A DNA stretch of 64,000 nt from positions 1-64,000 of the IMG/VR virus record IMGVR_UViG_3300013121_000032; one strand, written 5' to 3'. Below the pieces are notes generated by a model. That model worked only from the letters and a program-made list of their open reading frames with translations, was not told where the DNA came from and did not search any database. Of this stretch, positions 7,211-17,631 are shown piece after piece. A program made the translations under genes and the position numbers. The DNA comes from a virus (Duplodnaviria > Caudoviricetes). The stretch's first letter is position 1, and the number at the start of each line of letters is the position of its first letter.

Positions 7211-9786
7211 GGAGAAGTTGGTTTAATTGGAAGAATGTAGTCCAGTACTGTCTCTCCAATTATACTAACTTTACCACTAGCCTGTTTTCCTGGAGTAGTT
7301 AGTCCAGAGGTAGCAATGTTAAATTGTCTAATATACTCTTTTCCATTTAAAATATAATATCTCTGTACAGTATAAGAATCTGGAGCTTTTAAGAAATAAC
7401 TGGATGCTCCAGAAGGGGCTGGAAAAGGCCATTGACCGTGTGGACTAAAAATTTTATCTGTATAAACATCTGGCAAATCATAGCCAATTACATCAGGACC
7501 AATTACAGTAAAATCATTGTTTTGAATTGAGCTTCCAATTTGCTTTAATTGTGTATTTAAACGGGAAACAGCTCCATCATTATTTAAATCTGAATCCATT
7601 GCAATAATGGCATTAGTTACATTATCAATTGTTGCATCAGAAGGAACAACTTGTGCCCTAAACACAGAGATTAAATTATTGATTAAACTAGCAGTAGCTG
7701 AATCACCAAAAGCATCAGCTAAAGAAGCCCAATCCACTAATTGAACAATAGCAGTAGTATATAAATCAGTTGTAGCAGTATCTGATAGACTAGCCTCTCC
7801 TGTTCCTGAGATTCCTGTTAGATTTCCTTGAAAAAGCCACGGAGAGCTTAATCTATATATTCTATTAAAATTTTGAGAATAAACAAAAGCAGCATTTGTA
7901 TTATCAACAAACCCCCTTCCTCTCCAAGCAGAAGCGAGAAGATTAGAGTCATTTCCATCTCCCAAAAGCTGAGTAATTATTCCATATAATGTTGGATTGG
8001 TATGGAGATGGTTAATAACCATTGAAGATCTTCCACCAAAAACTGCAAAATCACTTGGAGGGCTAGTATTAAAAAAGAGGCTATCATAATTAATATCTAC
8101 CCAATAATAAGCAATTGGAGCAAATGCATAGGAACAACCAGTTCCTAATGGTGCAGCAGAAGTGAAGGCTCCTAAAGTTGTAGTATTTAATCCGCTATAA
8201 TAATGGAAATTAAATTCATTATTTACAGCAAAATTATTAACATTATTAAAAATTCCTGGTCCTAAGGTATTACATACAGCATATGCATTCTGAGAACCTG
8301 GATTAAAGGTAGTTCCATCAAGATAGCACTCATTTCCATTATGAAAACAATCTCCTCCACTACAACCATTTGTTATATATTTTTCATAATCAAAAACTGT
8401 ATTTTGTGTAATGGAATAACTTGGTCCAGCACAAGGATCAAATGAAGTATTGTAGTTTAAATAAAAAACACTTTTAATCCAGCTTTCTGCTGTAATTGTG
8501 CCATTTACATCTCCAGTTTCTGGAATCCAAATATCTGGAGTAGGAAGATAGGCTAACCTATAAGGAAAATCGCTATTGTAAGTATAGGTTATTGTATGAT
8601 CAAAGGTTTCATCATAATTGTATGTATTTCCAAAAATTCTTGGGCAGCTTGTACTAGTTGAATCATTATCAAACATTTCATGAATAGATTCAGTCCAACC
8701 TGATTGAGCTACAGCAAATAAATAGCAATTTACATGAGTGGTTACTAAATCTGCATCATAAACTGCATTTCCACTTGTATCTGTTGTTGCTTCATTATTA
8801 AAGGTGTAAATATAGTTTTTAAAGATGGAAAAGTTTGGAGAAACAGTCCATGGAATATTCTGATTAGCTGTAGTAGTTACTTGTCCATAAATTTGGCCAC
8901 AACCAACACTACAGTTTGTTTTCAAAAATTGATAGCCAGTATCTGCTAACCAATTCATATTTATAATTGGATTAAATTGATTAAAGATTTTATCTGAAGT
9001 TGAATATGGATAAAAAAGGGCTTGTGAACCATTCTCTCCAGCTTTTGGAGCAGGAATAATGCTATTAGTTCTATCTGTTAGGTCTTCAGCATAAGAATTA
9101 ACATTTATTGAATTTATCTTACTAGCTTTAAATACAACTACATTATTAGGTGGAGTACTATCTTTAGCAACTGGATATGTATATAAAGCACTGTCAGTAG
9201 TTAAATTAGAGGATGTATAGGAGACTAGACTTATATCTGTAAAAATTGAATAATGGGCAAATTGGAAGTAAATTGAAACAGAAGGATCATAAAAAGTTAG
9301 GCTTCCAGTTCTAGTACTAATATACTGGTTTTCTGTTACAGTTCCGAGTAAAACCCCCTTTCCATTAGAGGAAAGTCTACCTTGAATAGTTGCTGGATCT
9401 TTATCAAAAAGATTATTAGTGTAAGGAAGATAGTATTTAACTGCACTTCCGGTTTTTCTAATATAAAACCATAAGCTATCTCTACTTAAGATATAGCCCA
9501 TTCCCTCATTTCCATCCAAATTTGATTGATCAGGAAGTGGTTTATTAGCTACAACTGCTTTACTATGAATTTTGCAAACAATTGTATACTTATCTGGAGA
9601 TCCTACAGGAATTACTGTAGTAGAGCTGCCATCAGCCATTGTAGCAGTAGTTAAATCATCTGATAGCTTAGCTAAATTACAGCAGCATTGGCTAGAAGAT
9701 GTTTGAACTACATATTGTTGAAGGGCTTCTAAAGCAGCATTCTTTGCAACTTTTTGGGTATATTTAAACCCCTCATTAGAAGCCAT
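7207..9786 (-). CDS. Large tail-tip / putative receptor-binding protein
   Basis: 859 aa, S/T/N/G-rich with Cys-rich centre, distal end of tail module. Confidence 0.6.
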   Translation of the reverse strand: MASNEGFKYTQKVAKNAALEALQQYVVQTSSSQCCCNLAKLSDDLTTATMADGSSTTVIPVGSPDKYTIVCKIHSKAVVANKPLPDQSNLDGNEGMGYILSRDSLWFYIRKTGSAVKYYLPYTNNLFDKDPATIQGRLSSNGKGVLLGTVTENQYISTRTGSLTFYDPSVSIYFQFAHYSIFTDISLVSYTSSNLTTDSALYTYPVAKDSTPPNNVVVFKASKINSINVNSYAEDLTDRTNSIIPAPKAGENGSQALFYPYSTSDKIFNQFNPIINMNWLADTGYQFLKTNCSVGCGQIYGQVTTTANQNIPWTVSPNFSIFKNYIYTFNNEATTDTSGNAVYDADLVTTHVNCYLFAVAQSGWTESIHEMFDNDSTSTSCPRIFGNTYNYDETFDHTITYTYNSDFPYRLAYLPTPDIWIPETGDVNGTITAESWIKSVFYLNYNTSFDPCAGPSYSITQNTVFDYEKYITNGCSGGDCFHNGNECYLDGTTFNPGSQNAYAVCNTLGPGIFNNVNNFAVNNEFNFHYYSGLNTTTLGAFTSAAPLGTGCSYAFAPIAYYWVDINYDSLFFNTSPPSDFAVFGGRSSMVINHLHTNPTLYGIITQLLGDGNDSNLLASAWRGRGFVDNTNAAFVYSQNFNRIYRLSSPWLFQGNLTGISGTGEASLSDTATTDLYTTAIVQLVDWASLADAFGDSATASLINNLISVFRAQVVPSDATIDNVTNAIIAMDSDLNNDGAVSRLNTQLKQIGSSIQNNDFTVIGPDVIGYDLPDVYTDKIFSPHGQWPFPAPSGASSYFLKAPDSYTVQRYYILNGKEYIRQFNIATSGLTTPGKQASGKVSIIGETVLDYILPIKPTSP

Positions 9787-9787
9787 T

Positions 9788-10051
9788 TTAAACTATATAT
9801 CCATCAACTATTAAAACAGTCATTCCAGTTGCTAGTGGACGTTGGCTTAGAGCCAAAGCTGTAGTAGTAGTTCCATCACTATATGTAATGGTATATTGAG
9901 GAATGCCTGTTGTTTGATCTGTAGAAATGGTACTAATTACTGCCAAAGCCTGACAATCTCGTTTAGACTGGACTCTAATATTAGAATACTCTTTAACAAT
10001 AAGAGTCGCCTCATTTCTAGCAATTTGTTGAATTCTTTTAAGTAGACTCAT
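9788..10051 (-). CDS. Small tail-tip protein
   Basis: Position after hub; resembles N-terminus of 7207..9786. Confidence 0.55.
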   Translation of the reverse strand: MSLLKRIQQIARNEATLIVKEYSNIRVQSKRDCQALAVISTISTDQTTGIPQYTITYSDGTTTTALALSQRPLATGMTVLIVDGYIV

Positions 10052-11487
10052 GATGCCACATATGGTAAGTAATTAGGAGGAAGCTGATTATATTGTTGAA
10101 TAACTCCACCAGACTGGTTGACGTATTCTTGAATATAGTGTATCTTCAAATAGTTAGCAAATTGAATATTTAATATACCGGGAGAAGTGAAGCTAACCGA
10201 CTCAATTATACCCGAAATAGCAGTATTACAGACGGTTGCTTGTATTAACATTCCAGGTAGTGGAATTGATCCAAAAAAGACTGTTTGTAAAGATCCGGTA
10301 TAAGATTTAAAAAACTGGAAATTATATTGAGTTCTGGCTAATATATTTTGGGTTGTGTCTTGAGCATCCTGTTGTGCTTTAGCAAATTGTCCACTTAAAT
10401 CATTTGTTGTACAACCAACAGAGAAAACAAAATTTCCATTATTAACAGCATCAAGACTAGGAAATAATGTATAATTAACCTTTGCTTGTGGTTTGTAATT
10501 ACCACCAGTTGCAGAGATCTTAGCGTAAGGATTAGAAATAGAAACTCCACCCATGTTATACCAAATACTATCATCTGTAGTAACTAGATTAGTAGCAGCA
10601 AAACTTGGACCAGTTGTTCCAGTAGATACTCCCTGACCAGGCTGGACAAGGATTTGCATGTAAACTTCTGCAACATCTTGTGGTAAGTCTATAAATACAT
10701 CTGGATCATCTGAGGTAAATGGCTTACTTGTTGACCAAAGCTTTTTAATTGCTGGTGTAGCAGTTCCACCACCAGTAGGAAGGGTATTAATACCAGGATT
10801 AAAGGGCAATAATTGAGGAATAACAGTATACCCTATACCAGAAACACCTCTACTCAAATCTTCATGATATTCGTACTCAAGACCCATAATAAGGCGATCT
10901 GTAGGAATTCTCCATTGTCCAGTTATAAAATTAGGCAAACAGATTAAATAGGTATTATTTCCATCCCACCTAACTACTCCTCCAACCATATTAGCTAATG
11001 TACTTAAAGCTCCAGCAGCAGTGTCACCACCTTGAGTAAAAGTGTCAGTTAGTCTAACATCAAAAGGAACAGCCCAAATAATATTTGCTCCAACTAAACT
11101 ACCAATAGCTTTAGCAGCAGATGAGGCACTAAAGAATTTAGATGATTGAGCAGCTAATGTCTGATTAGTTAATACTTCATACATCCAAGGATCTCCAGCT
11201 AAAAGAAACTGGAATTGTCTATTCATTTTAGGATTGCCAAAAATTCCACTGGTTAAAACACCTACTTGAGAATTATTTGCAACCTTACCAGAACTAGTAA
11301 TAGATCCATTAAAGCCAAAGATATTAACGTTATCTCCAAGATTACCTGGAGATGTAAGAGAGGTACAACTAAAATTACCTCCAGTATCATCTAGAGTAAA
11401 ATTAAAACTCAATAGATTACAAGCCGAGGAACTACCAACAGCAACATTGCTGTATTGAACAAAATAAGTATTGGCATCTATTGTCAT
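10048..11487 (-). CDS. Baseplate hub / minor tail protein
   Basis: Hub-like ALSTLANMVGGVVRWDG segment and C-terminal PLPG...IIESVSF; tail position. Confidence 0.6.
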   Translation of the reverse strand: MTIDANTYFVQYSNVAVGSSSACNLLSFNFTLDDTGGNFSCTSLTSPGNLGDNVNIFGFNGSITSSGKVANNSQVGVLTSGIFGNPKMNRQFQFLLAGDPWMYEVLTNQTLAAQSSKFFSASSAAKAIGSLVGANIIWAVPFDVRLTDTFTQGGDTAAGALSTLANMVGGVVRWDGNNTYLICLPNFITGQWRIPTDRLIMGLEYEYHEDLSRGVSGIGYTVIPQLLPFNPGINTLPTGGGTATPAIKKLWSTSKPFTSDDPDVFIDLPQDVAEVYMQILVQPGQGVSTGTTGPSFAATNLVTTDDSIWYNMGGVSISNPYAKISATGGNYKPQAKVNYTLFPSLDAVNNGNFVFSVGCTTNDLSGQFAKAQQDAQDTTQNILARTQYNFQFFKSYTGSLQTVFFGSIPLPGMLIQATVCNTAISGIIESVSFTSPGILNIQFANYLKIHYIQEYVNQSGGVIQQYNQLPPNYLPYVAS

Positions 11488-12227
11488 GGTGGGGCTGTTC
11501 CTGCATTATAAGTATATATAACTCCCCCAATAATAATTGTAGGAATAAATGGATTATCTACACTACTAGCATTGGTAACAGGTAAAACACTAAATGGAAC
11601 AGTTTGAATATATGTAGAATCAGTTACATTCATTGTGGTACTAATTGCCATACTTGTAGAATCAACTTGATCAGCAGGAGCACATACTGATATCTGTGTT
11701 GAATCTATAATATCAATAGATTGGAATGGATTGATATTCTCATAAAGATTAAATAATTCTGAAATTGCTACTGTAATATTAATTTGAGTTGAGTCTCTAA
11801 GAGAAAGATCATCTTCCCAGGCTACTGCTCTTGATCCTCCAGCCTCATCAAGCATTGGCATAGTTTCTGTAATTTGAAGAACATAGTTAATAGCTGTGCT
11901 ATCTAAAAGATTAATTGGTTCTTCAATATAAGCCCTACCAGTATAAATAAAATCAACTAAATTAATTGGTTCAGAAATTAAGATTGTATAACCAATAATA
12001 GTTGAATCCAATAAATTAATTGGTTCTGAAGCATTGGTAGCAATAACATTTAGATATTGATAATTAGAAGAAATTAATGAAGTATGTGTAGAATTACTTC
12101 TACTTGAGGTAGAAATTCCATATGCTTTATTATTGTTAGTGTAAGAAGATTTTAAACTTGTATGAGTAGATGTAGATACTACAGATTGTAAATCTTCATG
12201 AAGTGGTTTGACATTAATTCTTGACAT
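11484..12227 (-). CDS. Minor tail protein with ISEPINLxD repeats
   Basis: Repeats ASEPINLLDS / ISEPINLVDF / IEEPINLLDS / ISELFNLYE. Confidence 0.6.
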   Translation of the reverse strand: MSRINVKPLHEDLQSVVSTSTHTSLKSSYTNNNKAYGISTSSRSNSTHTSLISSNYQYLNVIATNASEPINLLDSTIIGYTILISEPINLVDFIYTGRAYIEEPINLLDSTAINYVLQITETMPMLDEAGGSRAVAWEDDLSLRDSTQINITVAISELFNLYENINPFQSIDIIDSTQISVCAPADQVDSTSMAISTTMNVTDSTYIQTVPFSVLPVTNASSVDNPFIPTIIIGGVIYTYNAGTAPP

Positions 12228-12236
12228 ATCAAACCT

Positions 12237-13448
12237 CTATGTTGTGTATCTACTTAAATCCCACAGAGCTGTGGTTCCTTCTCCATACTTGATTATCTCA
12301 ACAATAGTTTTATTGCTTGGAATTCTATAGGTGGCGGGAGATTGCATGATAGTATCAAAAATTAATTGAGCAGGAGAACTAGTATCATCTAGCCAAATTA
12401 ATCTACATTTAACATCACTTCCACCATTCTGAACTGTTACAGTTCTTGTTCTAGTATCTCGTGGAGTAATAGTAAAAACATGGATTTTAGGTGTAGCGGT
12501 ATTTTGAAGTGCCCATCCTTTATTATTTGCTGTATTAATTCCAGCAGCAGTTACAGAGTTAATAGCAGTTAGAAATAGAGAATCCTTAATTTGTCCAGGA
12601 TTAACTGAAAAATCTAGCTCAAATACTGAATTATTTGGGGTGGTATTAACTCCACAAGTTAAAAGGCATTCACCAGAAGCAGCATTGGAAAGTATTAAAG
12701 CATCAGAAGCGCTAGATGTAGATGTTTGAAAAACATAGAGTTGAGCTTTTGTTGTCCAATCATAAATAAAGACAGTATCAGCCGTAGCAATAGTTAGAAT
12801 ATTGGTATCATAAGCCATTCCAGCAATTGCTGAAACGTTTGAGGTTGTTTGAGTACCACCATTAGGAGACATTGGCAGAGGCATTTCATCATAGATAGTA
12901 CCATTAGCATCTATTTCAAAAATTCTTGCATTTCCTACTGTAGAATTGTTACCACCAACTAGCCACCTTCCAGCACTTTTTAAAATTACAGTAGTGAATG
13001 TAAAAGAAGGACCAGAGCCAAGAATAGAAAGTTGTGAAACTGTTTGAGTATTGGCATTTACCTTAACCAAAGTATTAGTAGTATTAGTTGCAGCTATACA
13101 AATACCAGTAGAAGTATCTCCAGCAATTTGTTGGTTTTTTACTGTACCACCTGTTGCTAAACCTCCAGCAATATTTGTTCTATATCCACTAGAGTTTTCA
13201 ATAATATCTACAGTAGTTACTGCGCTAGAAACAATTACAGAAGAAAGATTAGTAGCCAACGTAATAGCTGATGGAGTGCTTAAAGTATTGATATTACTAC
13301 CAACTTGAGAACGTGTAGACAAATCATATTTTCTCATTGTAGAGGAGGAACTTTCTACAATATAAACTTGATTTTGAGTAGTATCTGTAGCACCATCTCT
13401 CCAAGTTACTGCGGATACAGAAATAGCTCCATCATACGTAATACTCAT
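12237..13448 (-). CDS. S/T-rich beta-propeller-like virion protein
   Basis: Beta-rich repeats; paralog of 13445..14644. Confidence 0.6.
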   Translation of the reverse strand: MSITYDGAISVSAVTWRDGATDTTQNQVYIVESSSSTMRKYDLSTRSQVGSNINTLSTPSAITLATNLSSVIVSSAVTTVDIIENSSGYRTNIAGGLATGGTVKNQQIAGDTSTGICIAATNTTNTLVKVNANTQTVSQLSILGSGPSFTFTTVILKSAGRWLVGGNNSTVGNARIFEIDANGTIYDEMPLPMSPNGGTQTTSNVSAIAGMAYDTNILTIATADTVFIYDWTTKAQLYVFQTSTSSASDALILSNAASGECLLTCGVNTTPNNSVFELDFSVNPGQIKDSLFLTAINSVTAAGINTANNKGWALQNTATPKIHVFTITPRDTRTRTVTVQNGGSDVKCRLIWLDDTSSPAQLIFDTIMQSPATYRIPSNKTIVEIIKYGEGTTALWDLSRYTT

Positions 13449-14644
13449 GCCTCAAACTCCCTAATATCCCAAGCCTCATCAACAAACCTGGTTCCAGTTA
13501 AAGCAATTTCAATATAATTATGGTTTTTATAAGCATTGAGCAATTGTTGACCAGCAGAAATGGTTTGGTCTAGTTCAACCATAGATCGATTAATACCGTC
13601 ATCTCTAATTCTGATAATTCTTCCAGTTACATCAGTTCCAGGAGGGTTTTGAATCCTGGTTTGAACTTGAGAAGTACTTAAAGCAGTGATATCAAATGTT
13701 CTAGCAAGGTAATAACTTGTAGAAGAAGAGCCTATCCAAAGTCTATTTATAGAGGGTTCAATTCCACAATATCTATTAGGTTGAGAAGTTTCATTAAAGA
13801 AAACATCCTGATAGTAAGAGCCGGATGCAGAAAAACAAAGAACAGATGTACTACAATAATTATTTACAGAGAATGGTCTTGTAAGCGTAGTAATACCGCT
13901 GGCAGCATCACATAAAACTGTATTATTATTAGATACTCCACCTAAAGAACAAATTTGTTTAGCTACAATAGTTGAAGTTGAATATTGATAAATGTAGAGT
14001 ATGCCTTTATCTAAAGCTACAGCTAAACTATCATTATAATAACTAACTCCTGAAACGACATGATTAACCGCACCACCATCATTTGGAGTTGTAGGAAGAG
14101 TAATGCTTTTAAGAACAGTACCAGAAGAGTCTACTTCATGAACTTTGCCATTAGAAGTTCCAATTAAAAAGGTATTAGTATCAGTTTTATTTGTTACACA
14201 AGTAGCATTAGCTCCAGAAAGTGCAGCCGGTGTAGGGGCTGTAATGGTTTGAGTAGATCCATTAATACACATCAATTTTCCAGCAGTAGTACTGGTTGCT
14301 ACTGCTTTTCCAGTAGAAGGATTACCAGCTATTTGTTGTTGAACAACAGAACTCCAAGTAGCTGTAGCATTAGTAGTTACTTTAGTAAATGCTCCAGTAT
14401 TTACATCAAAAAAATCTACCTGAGCTGAACCGAATACACCACATGCAGTGGCTTGATTGACAAGAGCTAAGCCGGTAAGTCCACCACCTAGAGCATTTCC
14501 AGTACTTGATTTTTGATTCCAATTCCAATCATAAATTCTGAATGAGTTATCATTCATTCCTACAAAAATGCCAGTTGCATTAGTGCAAGCACAGAGGAAA
14601 GTAGAGCCGGATGGAACGTTTAAATCATTACGTAGGGTAAGCAT
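13445..14644 (-). CDS. S/T-rich beta-propeller-like virion protein
   Basis: Shares QQIAG, LP.xPNxGG, L.xAASG, AWD motifs with 12237..13448. Confidence 0.6.
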   Translation of the reverse strand: MLTLRNDLNVPSGSTFLCACTNATGIFVGMNDNSFRIYDWNWNQKSSTGNALGGGLTGLALVNQATACGVFGSAQVDFFDVNTGAFTKVTTNATATWSSVVQQQIAGNPSTGKAVATSTTAGKLMCINGSTQTITAPTPAALSGANATCVTNKTDTNTFLIGTSNGKVHEVDSSGTVLKSITLPTTPNDGGAVNHVVSGVSYYNDSLAVALDKGILYIYQYSTSTIVAKQICSLGGVSNNNTVLCDAASGITTLTRPFSVNNYCSTSVLCFSASGSYYQDVFFNETSQPNRYCGIEPSINRLWIGSSSTSYYLARTFDITALSTSQVQTRIQNPPGTDVTGRIIRIRDDGINRSMVELDQTISAGQQLLNAYKNHNYIEIALTGTRFVDEAWDIREFEA

Positions 14645-14657
14645 AGCCCTCCCTATT

Positions 14658-15257
14658 CTAGAGTCTTAAAGTAGTCTGTACAGTAATAGTATTTGATCCA
14701 GACTTAAGAATAGAGCTACCATCAATAAAGTGATTTAACATAACTCCTGATGTAGATGTAGGAGTAGCCGGATTTGTAGTAGTATTAAACAAAGCATATT
14801 CTTGGAATGGTTGTCCATTATTGCCATCACCAGTTCCATATACTGCTTGTACAACTAATTTTTGAGTATATGTAACACTACTAATAGTAATTGTTTCTGC
14901 TACTATATCTGCATTAGAAAGAGCAGCACCAGAAGTATTTGTAAGGGTTTTTCTAGAAGCATTTCCAATTAATTCATAGGTAAGTCTTGTATCACTAATA
15001 GCAGCAGCGGTTGCAGAAGCACCAGCACCAAGGGCATTAATTGCAGCTAATCCAAAACCAAATAGCCTATCAAAGTCTAAATTTTTTCCAACATTAGTAA
15101 TAAGGTTTTCATTAGTATGCTCTGAAACTAGTACTCCATAATGATTGATTACATCAGGAGAAATAGAATTAAAAATCTCAGGCTTATCTTGATATGCTGA
15201 TAAATCATGTTCAAGTATTGCCCAAGAAGCATATAGTGGTTTGATAATAACGTCCAA
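14658..15257 (-). CDS. Tail fibre/baseplate attachment-type protein
   Basis: LITNVG...GASATAAAISDTRLTYEL...EYALFN...KSGSNTITVQ pattern typical of this phage family; TTG start. Confidence 0.65.
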   Translation of the reverse strand: MDVIIKPLYASWAILEHDLSAYQDKPEIFNSISPDVINHYGVLVSEHTNENLITNVGKNLDFDRLFGFGLAAINALGAGASATAAAISDTRLTYELIGNASRKTLTNTSGAALSNADIVAETITISSVTYTQKLVVQAVYGTGDGNNGQPFQEYALFNTTTNPATPTSTSGVMLNHFIDGSSILKSGSNTITVQTTLRL

Positions 15258-15292
15258 TCTATTAATCCTTATAGTAAATCATGTAAACTATA

Positions 15293-16171
15293 TCAAGGCC
15301 TTCCCCTGATAATTCCTCTACGTTTTAAACCTAAATCTATATAGCTAGTAGCTTGATTATTTGCTATATTTACTGGACAAGTAACTTTTAACCAAAACTT
15401 CCTTCCACAAACAAATATGGATTCTCCTGCATAGTGTGGAAAATTAGTTAATCCAGGAACAGTTAATGTTCCCCCTCCACTGGAACTTTTAGCACTAATT
15501 TGCATAATTTCTTGAGTAGCATTTCCAATATTGACAATAATATAGTCTCCAGCGTAATATGGTTGAGACATAGCTGTAGAAGTTAAAATAGAGCTAGCTC
15601 CAGAATTAGAAGAAGCAGAAATAGAACCAAATGCTAGAATAGAGTCTGTATAAAGGACTGTTCCTGTTGCTTGATATGTTAAAGCGTTACCATTTGCATC
15701 AGAACATGCTAGCTGACAAAAGGAAGTTTGAGCACCAGAGGATGAGATTAAATCTGTAATTGATATAGCTATTCCAGCTTCTCCTGGATAGCTTGTATAC
15801 TTATTAAGGTGGATTGTAGTGCTGTCTATAAGCCAAAAAGGAACTTCTTGGACTGTTGGATTAGACACTCCATTTACAGTTGATTGATCAAATACGGCAG
15901 CTCCTAAGCTAATAAGAGCTGGAGCTACACCTTGAGAACCGGTTGCAGGAGCAGGAGAAACTGTAAATGTATTGTTACTTAAATTCCTAGTAAATCCACC
16001 ATTATATTCTGAGTATTGAATAGAGCCAAATTGAACTAAAGAGCTAAGCTGGGAAGCAGTTTTCTGTGTTAAAGTAAAAGTTACAGTAGTTCCATCACCA
16101 ATATAGGTGTCTACTGGACCTAATTGACTAGCAACAGTAAATGGAGTATTGTTATAGAAATAAAGACTCAA
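15293..16171 (-). CDS. Minor tail/virion protein
   Basis: GDGTTVTFTL motif; AGGAGAG SD; tail module. Confidence 0.6.
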   Translation of the reverse strand: MSLYFYNNTPFTVASQLGPVDTYIGDGTTVTFTLTQKTASQLSSLVQFGSIQYSEYNGGFTRNLSNNTFTVSPAPATGSQGVAPALISLGAAVFDQSTVNGVSNPTVQEVPFWLIDSTTIHLNKYTSYPGEAGIAISITDLISSSGAQTSFCQLACSDANGNALTYQATGTVLYTDSILAFGSISASSNSGASSILTSTAMSQPYYAGDYIIVNIGNATQEIMQISAKSSSGGGTLTVPGLTNFPHYAGESIFVCGRKFWLKVTCPVNIANNQATSYIDLGLKRRGIIRGRP

Positions 16172-16213
16172 TTCAACTTCTCTAAAACTCTCCTAAAAAT
16201 ATATCAACTTTAT

Positions 16214-16483
16214 ATGACAGTTAGGCAATATGTTTATATAAGCTCAATAGATAAGAAATGGCATAAGGTTCCTTTTCAAAATTCTAGTTTTTATGATTTA
16301 ATCATACCAAAATTTAAAGACTTGACCTATGATTGTTATTTAGGCTTTAAAAGTAATAATACTTTATCTATATTCAGTATAAGATTAATAGAGGATATGT
16401 CTAATCTAACTTTTCACTCTAAACAAAAAATAGGAATATCATTAGGTTCTTTTATAAAAAATGAAAGATTATCTCTTTATTAA
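16214..16483 (+). CDS. WHKVP-family small protein, copy 1
   Basis: MTVRQYVYI...WHKVP...IPKFKDL..C..GF...KIGI; start chosen by alignment with paralogs. Confidence 0.65.
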   Translation: MTVRQYVYISSIDKKWHKVPFQNSSFYDLIIPKFKDLTYDCYLGFKSNNTLSIFSIRLIEDMSNLTFHSKQKIGISLGSFIKNERLSLY

Positions 16484-16700
16484 GGATAGAAGTGGAGAAT
16501 GGCATAAAGTACCTTACATCTCCTCTTCTAATATTTATTACAATGTACTAATTCCGGCTTTTAAAGATTTAGATGCTACTTGCTTTGTTGGATTTGGAAG
16601 TGGATCTTTTTCAGTAGTTGTATATCCTATTGTTCAGATATATACTGGTGAAAAATATGGAATAAAAGTGGGATATGCTATAGGTAAAGAAATCATTTGA
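16461..16700 (+). CDS. WHKVP-family small protein, copy 2
   Basis: MKDYLFI...GEWHKVP...IPAFKDL..C..GF...KYGI. Confidence 0.65.
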   Translation: MKDYLFIKDRSGEWHKVPYISSSNIYYNVLIPAFKDLDATCFVGFGSGSFSVVVYPIVQIYTGEKYGIKVGYAIGKEII

Positions 16701-16701
16701 A

Positions 16702-16969
16702 ATGGCTAATTATCTTTACTTACAGAAAAATGGAGAATGGCATAAAGTGCCATGTATTATTATTAATACTTGGGATATTGAATTTGTCATACCTAATTTT
16801 TTAGATTTGAATAAAAGATTGTTTGTTGAGTTTCCCAAATAGTTCTTCTTTTAAGTCTATTTATAAAATTCATAAACTTTATTGTAAATCAAATAATAAG
16901 ATAGGAATATCTATTGGTGTATTTTTACGTTCAGAAAAAATTAAAATTAATGGAAAATATCTTAATTAA
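16702..16969 (+). pseudogene. WHKVP-family copy 3, frameshifted
   Basis: MANYLYLQKNGEWHKVP...IPNFLDLNK, then an extra base in AATAAAAGAT (~16810-16818); +1 frame continues DCLLSF...KIGISIG to TAA at 16969. Confidence 0.65.
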
Positions 16970-17631
16970 GATGAAGTTGAGGATAAAGCTGAATCAACTC
17001 TATTTTCTATAGTTAAACTAAATGTTTTATAGATATCTGATCCACTAGTAGCATTAGGAATTTCAAAAGATGGAATTGCTTGAAAATCAGAAATAAGCAT
17101 ATTAGATTCTGTAAGACCATTCAGAAATGCTCCTGTCAAAGTTAATCCGGTACTTTGTAAAGTACTTACAATAGTATCTGTTTGTAAAGAAACCAAGTCT
17201 GTATAAGAGATATCACTATTAGCTTTAGCTATATGGGCTTGTAAAGCTGCTAAATAACGTTTATGGGTAGTAGCAATATCTGATAACCAATCTACTGCTG
17301 TAGAGGTACATAAAGCACTTCTAAAGGTATATCTTCTAATACTCCATTTCCGTTTAATACTATCTAATTGAGAAAGAGTATCTGGACCTAAAGGTCTAGC
17401 ACGAGAACTGGTACAGGTAATTGCTAATTGAATTGGTAAACGTCCAAATGTTTCTACAATAATAGGCATAGCACCATTTGATTCTTTAGCGTTTCTTAGT
17501 TTTTCATTAGAAAATTCAGGACGTTCCCAAGGATCAGTAACATATTGAAAGGTTACATCATCAATATAAAATGTATTAGATGATCCACTAAAAGTTAATG
17601 TAAAGGTACTACCTGGAGGAAGTAAAGGCAT
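16966..17631 (-). CDS. Distal tail protein (Dit-like)
   Basis: Immediately downstream of the tape measure; size and composition. Confidence 0.55.
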   Translation of the reverse strand: MPLLPPGSTFTLTFSGSSNTFYIDDVTFQYVTDPWERPEFSNEKLRNAKESNGAMPIIVETFGRLPIQLAITCTSSRARPLGPDTLSQLDSIKRKWSIRRYTFRSALCTSTAVDWLSDIATTHKRYLAALQAHIAKANSDISYTDLVSLQTDTIVSTLQSTGLTLTGAFLNGLTESNMLISDFQAIPSFEIPNATSGSDIYKTFSLTIENRVDSALSSTSS

